DNA of 64,000 nt from Callorhinchus milii (Eukaryota), in NCBI RefSeq assembly GCF_018977255.1, contig NW_024704743.1, positions 33,358,001 to 33,422,000 on the forward strand. The letters run 5' to 3'. The notes beneath the pieces were generated by a model. That model was given only the letters and a program-made list of their open reading frames with translations, was not told the DNA's origin and made no database searches. A program made the translations under genes and the position numbers. Within the stretch, counting starts at the first letter, position 1; each line of letters begins with the position of its first letter. This document shows positions 12,470-25,300 of the stretch, piece after piece.

Positions 12470-12868
12470 CAACAACAACAACTACAACAACAACCTCACA
12501 GGGTAGAGTCTCAGAGCACTTAACAGTGGCAGAGCCTGACTCCAAGCTGGGCAGGTGGGGTGAGGGGGGAGGTGGCCGTAAGCACGATCGAAAAGGAAGG
12601 TTTTCAGGCGGACTTGAAAAAGAGGAGAAAGAGGCAAGGGGGAGGGATTGAGAGAGTAATCCAATTCTTGCTTCTCTGATCCTTTCTATTTTATGTAACT
12701 GGGGCACAGTGGCTGAAGGCGCGACCTCCGATTGTGGTGCGGAGGGTGCGAGGGACGAGCAGGAGGCCGGTGCCAGTCAAGCGGAGGCACCGGGTGGTGG
12801 ATTGGTGAGTGAGGAGGTCAGAGAGGTAGGGAGGTGCCAGAGAGTGAAGAGATTTGAACACGAGTGTT
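12470..12868 (-). mobile_element. L2 LINE 3' fragment
   Basis: ORF fragments LVFKSLHSLAPPYLSDLL...GGRAFSHCAP and FQVRLKTFLFDRAY (L2 ORF2 C-terminus); (GTT)n tail. Confidence 0.9.
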
Positions 12869-14719
12869 AACCACATGTTTAAATTTACAATAAACAGTTG
12901 AGATTCCAGTTACATAAAATAGAAAGGATCAGAGAAGCAAGAATTGGAGACTTGTAAATGTAACAAAAATAAAATTGATGCAGTATTAATATTGTACCAC
13001 TAGGTGCCACCAGTTTGTTTGGTAAAACCCCTGTATCCTGTCATTTATAAAACATCTAGAGATGTCTGACAGGATTCTCTCCATTTTGACTCTGCTGGTG
13101 TGAAAATTGCCTTTGTCAGGCAACTAGATTGTATTCTCCACTGGTGAGTAACTTGATCAAGAATCCATATTGGATGCCTAAATGTTAGACATGGAGTTTA
13201 ATGAGACCCTAGTTTGGAAATCCCTATGATACTTCAGTCTAACAATTACACAGTGTCCAACAGGCAGGTTATTTATAGTTCCCAGTGACTGGACTGCTGT
13301 AAACTTTGTTAGAAACTCAAAATCATCCAATTGTCCACAATCGCTTGTTACCACAATCTTCTAAGGATGCAGTGGTTTTCATGTCCTGTAGCTGGCCGAG
13401 AGAGTGCTATGATGATGATGAGTCCTCACCTCATATAGGCATTGCAGAAAACAAATGAGGTGAACCGCAGTGTTAGTGGGATAATCTAAGAAGAATGACT
13501 AGAAAGGAAAAGTTTTGATGGACCATTTGTAGAGTAAGTGGCCTAATTTGGAGAGTAAAGCTCCGCCAGCCATATTAATAACCATGTGAAATTCTCTAGT
13601 GAAACCATGTGAAAGGCGCTATACAAATGTAATCTTGTTGCTGTTGTGATACATTTTTTGCAGGGTAACAAATATTGCAATTGTGCCACAAAACCATTAA
13701 TTAGACCTCATTAACAGGCGAGGTATGAGCCAATGCACGTTTACTCTGTGAATTCTGTCGCTTTGTGCAGATTTAAGACCAGCGCAGATTTACAGCCTGG
13801 CCAGATTTGGCACAAGCATGCTGCAGGCTGATGTGAAGATAAGGCCCTTCAAAAGAAACTTGTAGAAAAGGACAAAAAGAGGGGAAAAAAGTGATGCTTG
13901 AACAAGAATATGATTAAGTGTGGTAGCTTACAGACTGAGACAACCAGCAGCACAGATATCATCCTATGACATGCTTTGATGCAATGAGGTATATTTATAC
14001 AACTTAAATTCATATAGGGCTTTTTCATGTCGCTAGGACATCTCAAAGCACGTCACACAGCTGAGCGGACACTCGAGCCAGGAGTGGGTGGGATAGATTT
14101 TGTTAGAGGTTTGGTCGGTTTTAAGGGTGCAGAGGGATGGGGCGAAGGGGAAGGACTCTAAGATAGAGTTCCATTTCTGAAGTTTTATTTCCTTGTGCTT
14201 ATGGTCATCTCCCCCTCAAACCCTTCACCCTCCCTGCTTAGCGTCTGCCCCCGTCCGTTACTGTAAAGCTTGCTGAGACGTTATTCCGCGTGAAGGGCAT
14301 TATATAAATGCAAGCTGTTGTTTTGTTGCTGTTGATTTATATTCTGCTCATTTGATTCAGCATTGAAATTTTGCGTCTGGATGTCAACATATCTGGTGGT
14401 AGATTTCCAATAGAAACTTGCTTAGAGTGTGGGTGCTTCGTGGCTTCCAATGGGCTTAGATGAATACAGCAAGGATTTCAGCATGCTGTTAATATGACTT
14501 ACACAGTGACAAGCTTCAACCCATATACAGAATAAACATTATGCCCTTACTTCAGTCTTTTAGTTACGGGAAGTAGTGCTAATAGGAATCCAGTGAAAGG
14601 TACTTTGAAAACAAGGGGGTGAAAAATGCAACATTTCATAGAGGTTTCAGTGTGGTAATTATCACATCGAATCTGTTATGAATCGTCACATTTTTCACCC
14701 CAGAAGTACAGAACAAAAA

Positions 14720-14846
14720 TGGTCGCCCGCTTGTCGCCCACAATATATACAGTCAATTCACTTTACAGTGTATTCATGAAGCACTTTGAGACGTCTCGAA
14801 GATGTGATAAGACACTCTATCAAATACAAAGATTATTATTATTATC
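14720..14846 (+). mobile_element. SINE A/B 3' fragment
   Basis: cgcccac...cagtcaattcactttacagtg...gagacgtctcgaagatgtgataag...(att)n. Confidence 0.8.
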
Positions 14847-15414
14847 ATGATTGGTGGTACCTGGATGTTCTTTCATCCTTCGATGTAAAATCCAAAAGGC
14901 TACAGTGCTTCTTTGCATCTAAAAGTACGACACAAACAGCCTGTGAAAACGCAGCTCTAATTGCAGGTTGCTACAGCTTATCTGTGGATGCCTGCCTGTT
15001 CCACTCTCAATCTGGCTGTAGGAGTTTGAGCCCAGGCTGTAATTATCACAGAGTGCGACAGGACCATGTCATGCATGTTCGCGTGATGAAGCTCTGCACT
15101 TAATTCATTCACTTTTACTCCATACCGTTCTTTACAAATTTTAATTGCAATTTATTTCCCTTTTGTTAATTTAAGACTTTGTGCGTGTGTGTGTGTGTTC
15201 ACCACAGAATGGCAGACAATGGAACACTTGTCCACGTTTTGTCACCTAGTTGCAAAGAGCTTCTGAACAGTACTCAGGTCAGGAATAGAACAGGCAGGAT
15301 ACAGAGCCCAGATGTGACTCTCTGCCCCAGCTGAATGCTTTAATCCCTTCACCTCCTTTCAATCCAGTCCCCCCCACCATCACAGCATTCAAGCTGCTTT
15401 TTAAATGAGTCCAA

Positions 15415-15700
15415 TGTTCCGGATTGCTCTGTGTTGAGTTACCTGATCCCAGGCAGGACAGCAGCAAAGACACAATTGGACCCATCTCTCCTGGTCAGAG
15501 AAATACAATGTTCAGGCAGGGTTCCCATTCCTGATCGCTGGCTGGTGTCCTGAGAGGATGTGTGTGTGTGTGTGTGTGTGGAGTCAGATGACCCGGGCTC
15601 ACCTGCAAGGCCCACCACAGTCAAATGCCCTGGCTCACACATAAATAATAGCAAGGTACCAGAGAGCAGTCAGTGGTAATGGGACTGTACCTCAGGAGAA
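15415..15700 (+). mobile_element. Ancient SINE-like repeat (family D) with an internal (GT)n expansion
   Basis: ctgtgttgagttacctgatc...acaattgg...cagggttcccattcctgatcgct...ggctcacacataaataatagc; repeated elsewhere in the window. Confidence 0.6.
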
Positions 15701-15744
15701 GGAAAATGACTCAAATACTTTGAAATTGATCAATATGTAATTGG

Positions 15745-17600
15745 AATTTTAAAGATTCCATGGCACTACTCAAAAAGAGGAGGGAGCTTTCTCCCAGTGT
15801 CCTGGCCAGTAATCTCCCAGGTAAAATTGGTCATTAACTTCATGGCCAGCATGAAACACACCACCTGCTCCCTTGACCCCATCCCCACCTCTCTCCTTAC
15901 ATCCCAGCTCCACCTCCTCGCCCCTCTACTTTCCAACACCATCAATTCCTCCCTTTCATCTGGTACCGTTCCCATCCTCCTAAAAATAGCCACAATCAAC
16001 CCCATCCTGAAAAAAACTTCCCTGGACCCATCCCTGCCTTCTAACTACCAGCCCATCTCCAATCTCCATTTTTTTCGAAGGTCCTTGAAAGAGTCGTTGC
16101 TTCCCAGCTTCGCTCGTTCCTCTGCTTCCACTCCCTTCACAAGCCCCTCCAATCGGGTTTCCATGCTGCTCACAGCACGGAAATTGCTCTGGTCAAGGTG
16201 ACGAATAACATTTTTTCCATCTGTGACCAGGGCTCCATCTGCCTCCTCGTCCTCCTCAACCTCTCTGCTGCCTTCGATACCGTAGACCACTCCATCCTCT
16301 TCCAACATCTCTTCTCTATCCTCAACCTTCAAGGTTCTGTCCTTGAATGGTTCAGGTCTTATCTCTCCTCCAACGGTTTCTCTTCCAGCCCCTGCACAGA
16401 CTTGTGTGGTGTTCCTCAGGGATCTATCCTCGGTCCCCTCCTCTTCAATATCTATATGCTCCCCCTTGGTGACATTATCCACAGACATGGTGTCAACTTC
16501 GACATGTATGTGGATGACACCCAACTCTATCTATCTGCTTCCATCCTCGATTCCAGGACAACTAACAGCCTGAGAGTCCGTCTGTCTGACATCAAGTCCT
16601 GGATGAGAGTCAGCTTTCCACAGCTGAATGTCAGCAAGACTGTGGCTCTCCTAATTGGCTTGCACCAGCGCCTTAGCACCTCAGGATCAGCATCCATGGT
16701 TGCACACTCCATCTCACTAAGTCAGTTAGGATCCTGGGTATCTTGTTCGACCCTCAACTGTCCTTTCGCCCCCATATACATGCCATGACCCGCCTTCCCC
16801 ACTACCGCAACATTGCCCGACTCTGCCACTGCCTCACCCCTCAGGCTGCCAAAACCCTCATACTCGCGTTCGTCACCTCAAAGCTCGACAATAGAGACTC
16901 CCTGCTTGTCTGCCTCTCCAACTCTTCCCTTCACAACCTGCAGATCATCCAGAACTCTGCAGCTCATGTCCTCTCCCACACCAGGCTCCGTGACCCCATC
17001 ACCCCTAACCTCGTCTGGCTCCACTGGCTCCCCATCCCTCAGAGGATAGAATTCAAAATCCTAGTTCCTCACCTTCAAGGCCCTCCATGGCCTTGCCCCC
17101 TCTTGCCTCTATGACCTGCTGACCCCCTATCAACCTGTCCGCTCCCTCTACTCAGCAGGTTCCAGCCTGCTCAGGTCTCCCGCCTGACCCATCCTACCAT
17201 CGGCCTCTGTGCTTTCAGCCTCTCTGTCCCCACTCTTTGGAATTCAATCCCACACTTACTTCACCCTGCTCCCTCTCTTGCCTCCTTCAAGGCATGATTC
17301 AAGACACCCTCCTTTTTGACCTTGCCTTCCTACCCCCTCTGCCCTCCCTCATTCCATCCCTGTCCCACATGCTCAGATCGTGATCCCTGACTGTTCAGCA
17401 CCTTTGGACATCCTCCCGATGGGAAAGGCGCTTTACAAATTTAATTTTGTTGTTGTTGTTTGTGGAACATTGCTGTACACAAAATGTCTGTCGCATTCAC
17501 CTCCTCTAAATACACAGTAACCACACTTTACGGTATAACGCATGCTTTGAGACATCCTCCTGATATGAAAGGTGCTATATAAAATGAAAGTATTATTGTT
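15745..17600 (+). mobile_element. Deu-domain SINE (family C) split by an L2 insertion (halves about 15745-15846 and 17459-17600)
   Basis: Left half ends ggtcattaacttcatggc and right half resumes tttgtggaacattgctgtacac; these are contiguous in intact copies. Confidence 0.75.
15847..17458 (+). mobile_element. L2 LINE, 5'-truncated, decayed ORF2 (reverse transcriptase)
   Basis: Motifs TCSLDPIPT, NYQPISNL, LVLLNLSAAFDTVDH, GVPQGSILGPLLFNIY, YVDDTQLY and LHWLPIPQRIEFK spread over frameshifted ORFs; stem-loop plus (GTT)n tail. Confidence 0.95.
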
Positions 17601-19419
17601 ATAAAAACAGAAAAGAAGATGTATTTAATTACAAAATGGGTTTTGACATCTGGATTGCCTGTCTGTCTATCAATACCAGGCTATCGATTCCCAACTGACT
17701 ACACAGGTTCCAAAGGAGATCACATCATACTGACTGCTCTATCTATAGTCTTGTTGCTTACCTACAATGTTTGGCTTGAAAACGAATGCTTCATTATTCT
17801 TCAATCATTTTTTAAGAGGAAAACTTCAGAGGAAAGCCACAATAAATAAAATGCATGTGTGGTTCTACATCTTTATTTTTAAAACATTATCTGTCTGCTT
17901 TGTTTACCAAAGCCAGAAACAGACAATTTAAGGTTTTTCCACTACCTGACATTTGTGTGGTTTTTGAGTGCAACTGTGTTAACGCCTCAACAGACTTGTG
18001 CAGGAAGCCGAACCAGTTGGTCTGATGTTCTTGGTTTTGAAATGTGTTTGAATGTACAGCATAGAAAAGCAATCAATTAGTGCAGTCTGGCTGGCTCCTC
18101 AGATACTATCAGCTACTGGCTAGTAAATAGCAATAAGTCCAAGAGAGCTGGGACACTTTCACACAGCCACAATATAATGTGCTTTGAAGAATTCCAGATG
18201 TCTACCAATAATTCACAACATGTCCTGAATGAGACTTACCAAAGTATAGAATGAAATTCTATTATATTCTGTTGCAACAAACTTAGGGACTTGTTTTCCT
18301 GTTCTCTCCTTCCCTCCTCTCCATTAGCCATGTGACTCATTTTTGCTTCAACTGGGATTATTTCTCCCTTTCTCCACTCTTAAAAGTGTTTGAGTCCTTT
18401 TGCCAGGTGGCCCTAAGGTATCTGGCTGTTAGCCAATGGATAATCACAAAATCACAAGAGAGATTTGGGTGAGAATCTCATCCTTCTAGAATACCCATTC
18501 TCATATCCATCCAAAAAACTGCATCAAGGTGTTTCTTAAATGAATGCAGTATCCAGGCCTCAACCACCCTTCCTGGTAAACTGTTCTAGTTGTTATTAAT
18601 CCTCTGTGTAAACAACACCTGCTGAGCCTGTGTCCTGAAATCTCCGTCTATTCTGATCTCCTCTTTCAAAGGAGACAATGGGCCGAATGCCCTTCTTCTG
18701 TGCTGTAATTTCTAATGTGTGGCATCAGTGGGTACTTAATAGAAAGAGAAGTGTGGGAGTCTGAACTGAAATCTCACCAATATCTCAGCCATAGTCGGTG
18801 ATGGGAAGTTGGCATGCTGGTTATTCTGGATGGATGAGATCAAATGGGCCGAAGGGGCTTCTGTGCTCAAACCTCTCTTATGAGCTTGTAAATTAGAAGG
18901 CTTGAGGGTGGAATTAGGAGGAATCCAGATGGGATGTTCAGCTGTTAGTCTATGGTAACAACAGGATCTAAGATGACTCTTATTTCAGGAGCTATCTTTC
19001 GTGTATTTTTGGTGTTTGTTTTAACATTGGTTTCTTTTATTTTAACCACCGGTCATAATTTGAAGTGAAGTTTCTTCAACTCAAGTGTCTGCATTATTCT
19101 TCACATCAGAGCTCAGCGAGCAGATGAGAACAAAGATAGTTGCAGATGGACCAGAGGCACAAGCACAGATTTCTAGCTCCATGTTATTCACTGTGGATCG
19201 AGCTTGGGGCAAAGATTCCTTTCTACAGGGAGGAAATGTGACACTTAAAAGGATAACATAAAAACAGCCAGAAAGCTTCTCGGTGCCCTGAAGGGACTTA
19301 ACCCTGTGTCGATACTCAGTCCTTGGTACCAAAATCTGGATTCAGAATGCAAATTAATGATGGCGCATTGATGAGAGAAATCTGCAATGAGGAGACAGGG
19401 CTAATGCTCAGAAGGAAAG

Positions 19420-19680
19420 CAACCAGACAGTTCAGATTTAATTACATTCCACAGGGATTGGTGAATACATGGAGAAGACTACAGAGAAGCTATGGAGGCC
19501 CTTTATTCCTGGATTCAAGCGAGAATTAAAATGTTACTTGGCAAAGAAATGGATTGAGCGGAATGAGAGATAGAATAGCGTAGGATTATTTGTGTATTAG
19601 TATTTGATTTATTGCTTTATTTTACTTTGACATGAGTCAGATGGACTGCAATGGTTTCTTCTGGTCCAGTACCTTCTTAT
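19420..19680 (+). mobile_element. CR1 LINE 3' end, degraded
   Basis: PQGLVNTWRRL (compare CR1 motif QRVVN.WN.LP), followed by a catgagtcagatggactgcaatgg...cttcttat tail. Confidence 0.55.
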
Positions 19681-20384
19681 ACACTTAATCTCAGATCCTT
19701 GCACAGACAACAGAGCCTTTTATAATCCTTACATTTGATATAATGTCTTGCACATCAGGAGGGCTTCTCAAAGTGCTTCACAAGATTTACTGTAAAGTGT
19801 AGTGATTGTGTATTTTGCAGGCGAACAATTTACATAGAATTACACCTATTACACCTACCTTTACCTGTATTTATTTGGGCAAATATTGCTCTTCATTGCG
19901 CCCTGAAGCCTTCATGTATGTACATTATCCACTGCATCCACTTATATAAAAATAAACACAATTTGATAGCAAGTTGAGCCGAAAGACTATTTGAAAGGGC
20001 AAAACGGGGGAGAAAGGTGGGGAATATATATGATAGTAGTAAGATTGAAGGATGTCTGGTTGTCTGGACGTTTCCTAGGGATTGATCTGGCCATGAAGTC
20101 ATTAAATATTTATATTGCACGGCTTCCAAAATAGATTCACTGCACATAATTATCAATGTTTATTCTGGCAAAGGAATCAATATTAGGCAGATTTCAGGTG
20201 GAGACAGTTTTCAATTGCCCCTAGGAACAGACGGTGGATTTGTTGCTGTGCTGGATGATTACTGGCTGAGATACATCACAGGAAAAGACAGGCAGCCACA
20301 CTTGCTGTGAGAGAACATCTGATTCCAATCAATCACTAGAATATTGGCTGCAATATAGAATACTGGCTACAAATACAATTATTA

Positions 20385-20780
20385 TTATAATAATAATAAT
20401 TCTTACATTTGATACCAGTATCTTTGACATCCAGACATGTGTCAAAGTGCTTCACAGTATTTATTAAGTGTAGTGACTATGTATTTTGTGAGCAAACTCA
20501 GAGGCCAATTGGTGCACAGCAATGTCGTACAAACATGCCATCAATTTTATTTGGGGGATTGTTAGCCAGGACACCAGGAGAAAATCCCTTCTCTTTTCAA
20601 AGTGCAGTAAGATCTTGAACATCTACCTAAATAGACAGATGAGACCAGTTTAATGTTTCATCTGAAGGACAACTCATCCAACAATGCAGCCCACGCCCAT
20701 TAGAGTGTCAGCCTAGACTGTCCAAGTCACACCATGGAGTGCAACTCAGATGTGTAAGTACAACCATCTGAGCCAGGATG
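20385..20780 (-). mobile_element. Deu-domain SINE (family C)
   Basis: Reverse-orientation copy with (aat)n tail, gccaggacaccaggagaaa and ctgagccagg head. Confidence 0.8.
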
Positions 20781-21139
20781 ATAGGTGATATATCAATGCA
20801 AGGATTGTTAATAAGAAATTGTTTAAATCATAGTTAGCTCAAGAGCGTACAAGTATGTTGGGTCTAATTTATGATATTTCTTGGCAGGATTCCTTAATTC
20901 TAATCCCATTAGAATTCCAGTCTAAAGTATTGGACTCACAGGACTCTGCTCTGGAAGTAGACTGCATTTCTATATATCAATTCCCATTCATTTGCACAAC
21001 TCAGATTCTTTACTAAAAAATACCATTAAGAAATACTATAAATTAGACTCCATCATTTATTCCTAACTTAATATCCCCACGGAAAGTGCTGCTCTTCATA
21101 AGATATATTCAGACCTTACTATGGTTTGTGAAAAAATAA

Positions 21140-21775
21140 TATGCCTTTCATTTGATATAGTTCCTTATGACATTGAAATGTTTCAAAGTGCTTTACAGAT
21201 AACTGTTGTCAAGTGCAGTGATTCATTCTGTAAACAAATGTGGCAGCCAGTTTAATGCACAGCAAGTTCTCATAGCAACCTTGAAGTGAATGACCAATTT
21301 ACCTATCTGGAGGATTGTTGGCTGGAGCAGCAACAACAACAACAAGATTACATTTGTATAGCGCCTTTCACATCGGGAGGACGTCCCAAGGTGCTGGACA
21401 GTGTACAGCATTTCAGACCCAAGCTGGGGTCAGGGAGGGAGAAGGGAGGGGAGAGGGAAGGGGGTTGACCGATAGCATGGTCGAAGAGGGTTTTGAGGCA
21501 GGACTTAAAGGAGCACTGGGAGAATCTCCCTTCTCTTTTCAACTGGTATCATAGAATTTATAACATCCAATTAAATGTCATTATAATAATACGAGAATAA
21601 TCCTTGCATTTGATAAAGTGCCTTTCAGATCAGGAAGACGTCTCAGGCAGGCAGACGGGACTTTGGCACTTCCAACATTGCAGTGCTTCCCCTGTGAGGT
21701 CAAAGTCCCTATATTGAGTTTGAACCCACAACCTTCAAAATCAGAGGCCAGAGTGTTACCAACTGAGCCAGGTTG
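21140..21775 (-). mobile_element. Deu-domain SINE (family C) carrying nested insertions
   Basis: Head tgaacccacaaccttc...ccaactgagccagg at the right end; interrupted by an L2 tail at 21331-21512. Confidence 0.7.
21331..21512 (-). mobile_element. L2 LINE 3' end
   Basis: SFKSCLKTLFDHAIG, tail ccttgggacgtcctcccgatgtgaaaggcgctatacaaatg and (GTT)n. Confidence 0.85.
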
Positions 21776-22599
21776 GCACCGAAAGGCGCATTCAAGGAAA
21801 GTACCCCCTCCCTAGTACTGCATTGCAGTGTTATAAAACTTCCCATAACACTTAAGCCTTTACATTTTGGAAAGGCTAGGGAGGGTTTACTTTACTGCTT
21901 GCAGTCTAGTTGCTTGTGTCATTTTCAGATGAGGTGGCTGTGCGCAGTGAGCATTATGAGCATCTGAAACTGTAAAAGCAGATTACAAGTCAGTGATGGA
22001 TTACACTCATCAATATATCGACTCTTGAGGAAATGCCTGGTTCTGAGCTTTGTAAAAACACACACTTCTTATTCTTCCCGTGTGCTTCCTCGTGTGCTCC
22101 ATGTAGCTCTTTTGACGATATGGGATAAGTGTTCTTCTGCTCCGTTTTGTAGGTGTGTTCCCTTGCGCTTAAAATTAATGCTAATGCAATTAATTATACT
22201 TTCAAAATTGCATTAGCAAAAAGTGCCCAGGGGCAAGTCCAGTACGTGAAACTGAGCGAATGGCAGAGAACAGCTTAGCTCACAGCAACGACTGCAATAG
22301 TTGGAGAGCACGGAGCACAAGAACTCCAGAGATTTCATTGAAATAACAGCCTAAAGGTACAATAGCCTTAATGAATGATGAGGTGAAATTTGCAGGGTTT
22401 CACAATGCGTTCCTTGTGAGAAAGGCAACCTTCCTGCCTTTCCTTTTGCTTCGCTTTCCTCCTGCTGTGGTCAGCTGCTGTGGTCAAGTCTTTGCAGGGT
22501 CCTAAAACTCTCCTCAAAGACTTAGATCTTTTTGTTGCTCACAATCGCCAACAAGTTTGTTTCCAACACAACCAAGGAGTTTTCATTACACACACACTG

Positions 22600-22770
22600 A
22601 CTTTTTATCAATTCAAGACTGTTTGTGGGCACTGCTGTGCGCAATTGGCTATCGTGTCTCACGCACAAAATACACAGTTGATTCACTTTACAGTATATTC
22701 TGTGAAACACTTTGAGACATCTCGAAGAAGTGATGAGTCGCTATATGAAATACAAGGATTATTATTATAA
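22600..22770 (+). mobile_element. SINE A/B 3' half
   Basis: gactgtttgtgggcactgctgtgcgcaattggct...aaggattattattat. Confidence 0.8.
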
Positions 22771-22964
22771 TCATTACAATAAAGGATCAAGCTTTAAATG
22801 GGGGAAACGAGACAGTGTGCAGAAACATTTGAGAATAGTAGTATAGCAGTGAATAAGCTAAGACATGTTACGACTAAACCAAGCTCAAGCCAGGCACCTC
22901 ACTCCTCCAAAATTGGAATGAAGAAAGTGAAACAAAAACAAAACACACACGGCAAGACTTCAAA

Positions 22965-23207
22965 GGGCAGAAATCCCACATGGCTCTAGATTCACACTGT
23001 TATGGATTATTTCAGAGAGTCCAGAATTTAGTAAATTCCTGAATTCAGTCTTAACTTTGAAGTTGGTTTTCTGTAGTTCTTAAAAAAAACTTACAGAGAA
23101 TTCAGCTTCCAAAATGATACTGAATTTAAAAAATTGCTAAGCTCTTAGATGCTCTGAAATGCTAACAAAATAGAGTAAATCTAGATCCAGGCTGGATTTC
23201 TACCCCC
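22965..23207. mobile_element. Palindromic MITE-like element (type 1)
   Basis: Ends gggcagaaatcc / ggatttctacccc with long imperfect inverted arms around a ttcttaaaaaaa centre. Confidence 0.8.
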
Positions 23208-24328
23208 AAGTGTGTGCGAGGCAGTGCTTTAGTTGATGGCAGATGCTGTATGAATGTTTACAGTGGCCTAATGTGCCCAGTACAACTTGTGAAAGGAAAA
23301 TTGAAACACTACTGTGTGTCCTCCAAGCTTCTTGGCTTCCCCAAGAAACCTTGCAGAATCAGCCAAGCCAATATCTTTCCATATGGTCTCTGCCTTTGAG
23401 TCAGTCAGGAAATGAAGATCACAGTTAGTGCCTGCTGTCGCACTGTGCTCAGGATTGAGAGCGCAGGAGCAGAGAACAAAATAACGTGGAACTGTGAAAG
23501 AAAGACTTATTCATAAACGAAAAAGAGTGGAAATGGTTAGGGTTAGTGGTAAACCATGAGAAACATTCCCTTCCATTGGATCCTGAGCATGGAACAAAAG
23601 GGTAAGCCAGCAGGAGGTGGAAAAAAGGTCAAATAAGGAATGTGGACGAGCATTCCTCTGCCAAGGGATAGGAAAATGTGAACAAATTGATACCAAATTT
23701 AATTGCTGCAATAACAGGTGAAACTTTCGAGCCAGGGAATTTGGATCAATGTTTAATGCAGGAGGGGGTGCATTGAAATAGAGGTAAGTTAGAAATGAGT
23801 TTGCCTACAAGAAATACAATCACAGGAGTACGGTAATTCCTGTGAAGGACTTTGAGACTTTTCAACAATGCAATAAGGCCCTATATCAAATGGAACAATA
23901 TTTTGCATATATATTAAAAATATTGTGCCATTTGATATAGCACCTTATTACGTTGTTGAAAAGTATCACTGAATGATAAAGGATGGATCTTTTCTCCTGA
24001 TTTCCTCCGCTTCTTTACATAAACATGTAACATAATTACACACTTATGAAAAGCATGGCATTAACATTGACATTTTCTGAACAAGCTCTATCGTAGATTC
24101 ATAAGGGACTTTGAATACTACCAAGCAAATATTAATCATCTTTCAAAACGTCAATGAGAGTATTTTAAATGCCAATAATTGTGTGAATTGCACTTCAATA
24201 TTACTTTCAGACAAACAGGGAGAATAGACTAAAATGACTCGAAGAGCTTCTTGTTGTCACTCTTGGCATCATCAGGAAAGGAAGGAAGTGTCTTCAGTAG
24301 CACTTCTGACAGACATAAGGCATTGAAG

Positions 24329-24557
24329 AGAGTAGAAAATCCACCTGGGTCTACTTTATTCCATTTATACAGCATTTCAGAGCGTCCAGAATTTTGCAAA
24401 TTCTTAAATGCAGCTTTAATCTTTGCAGCCATTTTTCTGTAGGTTTTTTAAAGAACTACAAGAAATCCAACTTTGAAGTTGAGATTCAATTTAACAATTT
24501 GCAAAATTCTGGATATGCTAAAGTGCTACATTAATAGAGTAAATCTGGACCCAGATG
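24329..24557. mobile_element. Palindromic MITE-like element (type 1)
   Basis: agtagaaaatccacctgggtcta...tccagaattttgcaaatt / aatttgcaaaattctgga...atagagtaaatctggacccag. Confidence 0.8.
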
Positions 24558-24699
24558 TCTCCTGAATAAAGACATAAATGGAACCTGCCGCCCAGTGGTA
24601 GCACTATTTTGCTTTGGTATTTCTCAAGTGTATTGTGAAAGTCCGATGCTTTACCTAAATAGTGATGGACACAATTTCTCCAATGTTCTGATTTATATT

Positions 24700-24875
24700 A
24701 ATAATAATTCTTTCATTTGATATAGCGCCTTATCATGCCGTTAAGATGTCTCAAAGCTCTTCTCAGAATATATCGCAAAGTGGATTGATTGTACATTTTG
24801 TGGGCGAAATACGGCAGCCAATTGCGCACAGCAGTATCCAATTGTGCACAGACAGTCATGGATTGGTTACCTAAA
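24700..24875 (-). mobile_element. SINE B 3' half
   Basis: catttgatatagcgccttatca...gcagccaattgcgcacagca. Confidence 0.8.
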
Positions 24876-25079
24876 TAAGCGTGGTTAACTTGTTTCAATA
24901 TAGTAAGAAATGTCATACACCTGTAATATCTTCCTCTCTCACACCACTTAAAACCTTGAAGCCACACAGGTGTAACTCATGGTCTGGGCCAATAGAAAAG
25001 TACAGCCGCACTTTTTCAGCAGAATCCGCCACAAACCCCCCCCCCCCACAAACATGTACACTCAGTGTGCTAGGCCCTG

Positions 25080-25300
25080 GGGCTGTACGCGCTATTTGCT
25101 CGACGCTGCTACTATGGGTGGAGCAGTTCCGTTCGCACGTGCGGGAATGTTTGGATCGAGGAAGCAGCGTGAGCGGGAAATCAGCTTCGCCCGCTTGTGA
25201 GTGAACCACGATAGAAATAGCAACTGTGTGACACTACTGCCATCTATTTGCTCAACGCCTGGCGTAAACTCTTGCGATTACTCAACTTCTTGGTAAGTGC
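25080..25300. promoter_or_regulatory. CpG-rich promoter-like patch
   Basis: Local CpG cluster, E-box CACGTG (25136-25141), E2F-like GCGGGAAA (25173-25180), and splice-donor-like sites at 25197 and 25293. Confidence 0.3.

Noticed and set aside
13409..13465. TGATGAGTCC with a nearby inverted repeat, as a possible hammerhead or C/D snoRNA
   Set aside because: No stem II closing onto GAAA and no suitably placed D box with a terminal stem.
14861..14940. Minus-strand exon candidate AVCVVLLDAKKHCSLLDFTSKDERTS, and a terminal-exon candidate VLKCLQDLAFHRKNKLLGVIQDYSPYR near 1215-1298
   Set aside because: Splice signals are plausible, but I see no recognisable homology or consistent gene model.
15443..15490. 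Minus-strand 48-nt exon-like segment encoding MGPIVSLLLSCLGSG, resembling an Ig/TCR leader exon
   Set aside because: It lies within a family D repeat, and no V exon or recombination signal sequence follows.
16045..16524. 159-aa minus-strand ORF (also 34252-34707)
   Set aside because: Antisense shadow of L2 ORF2.
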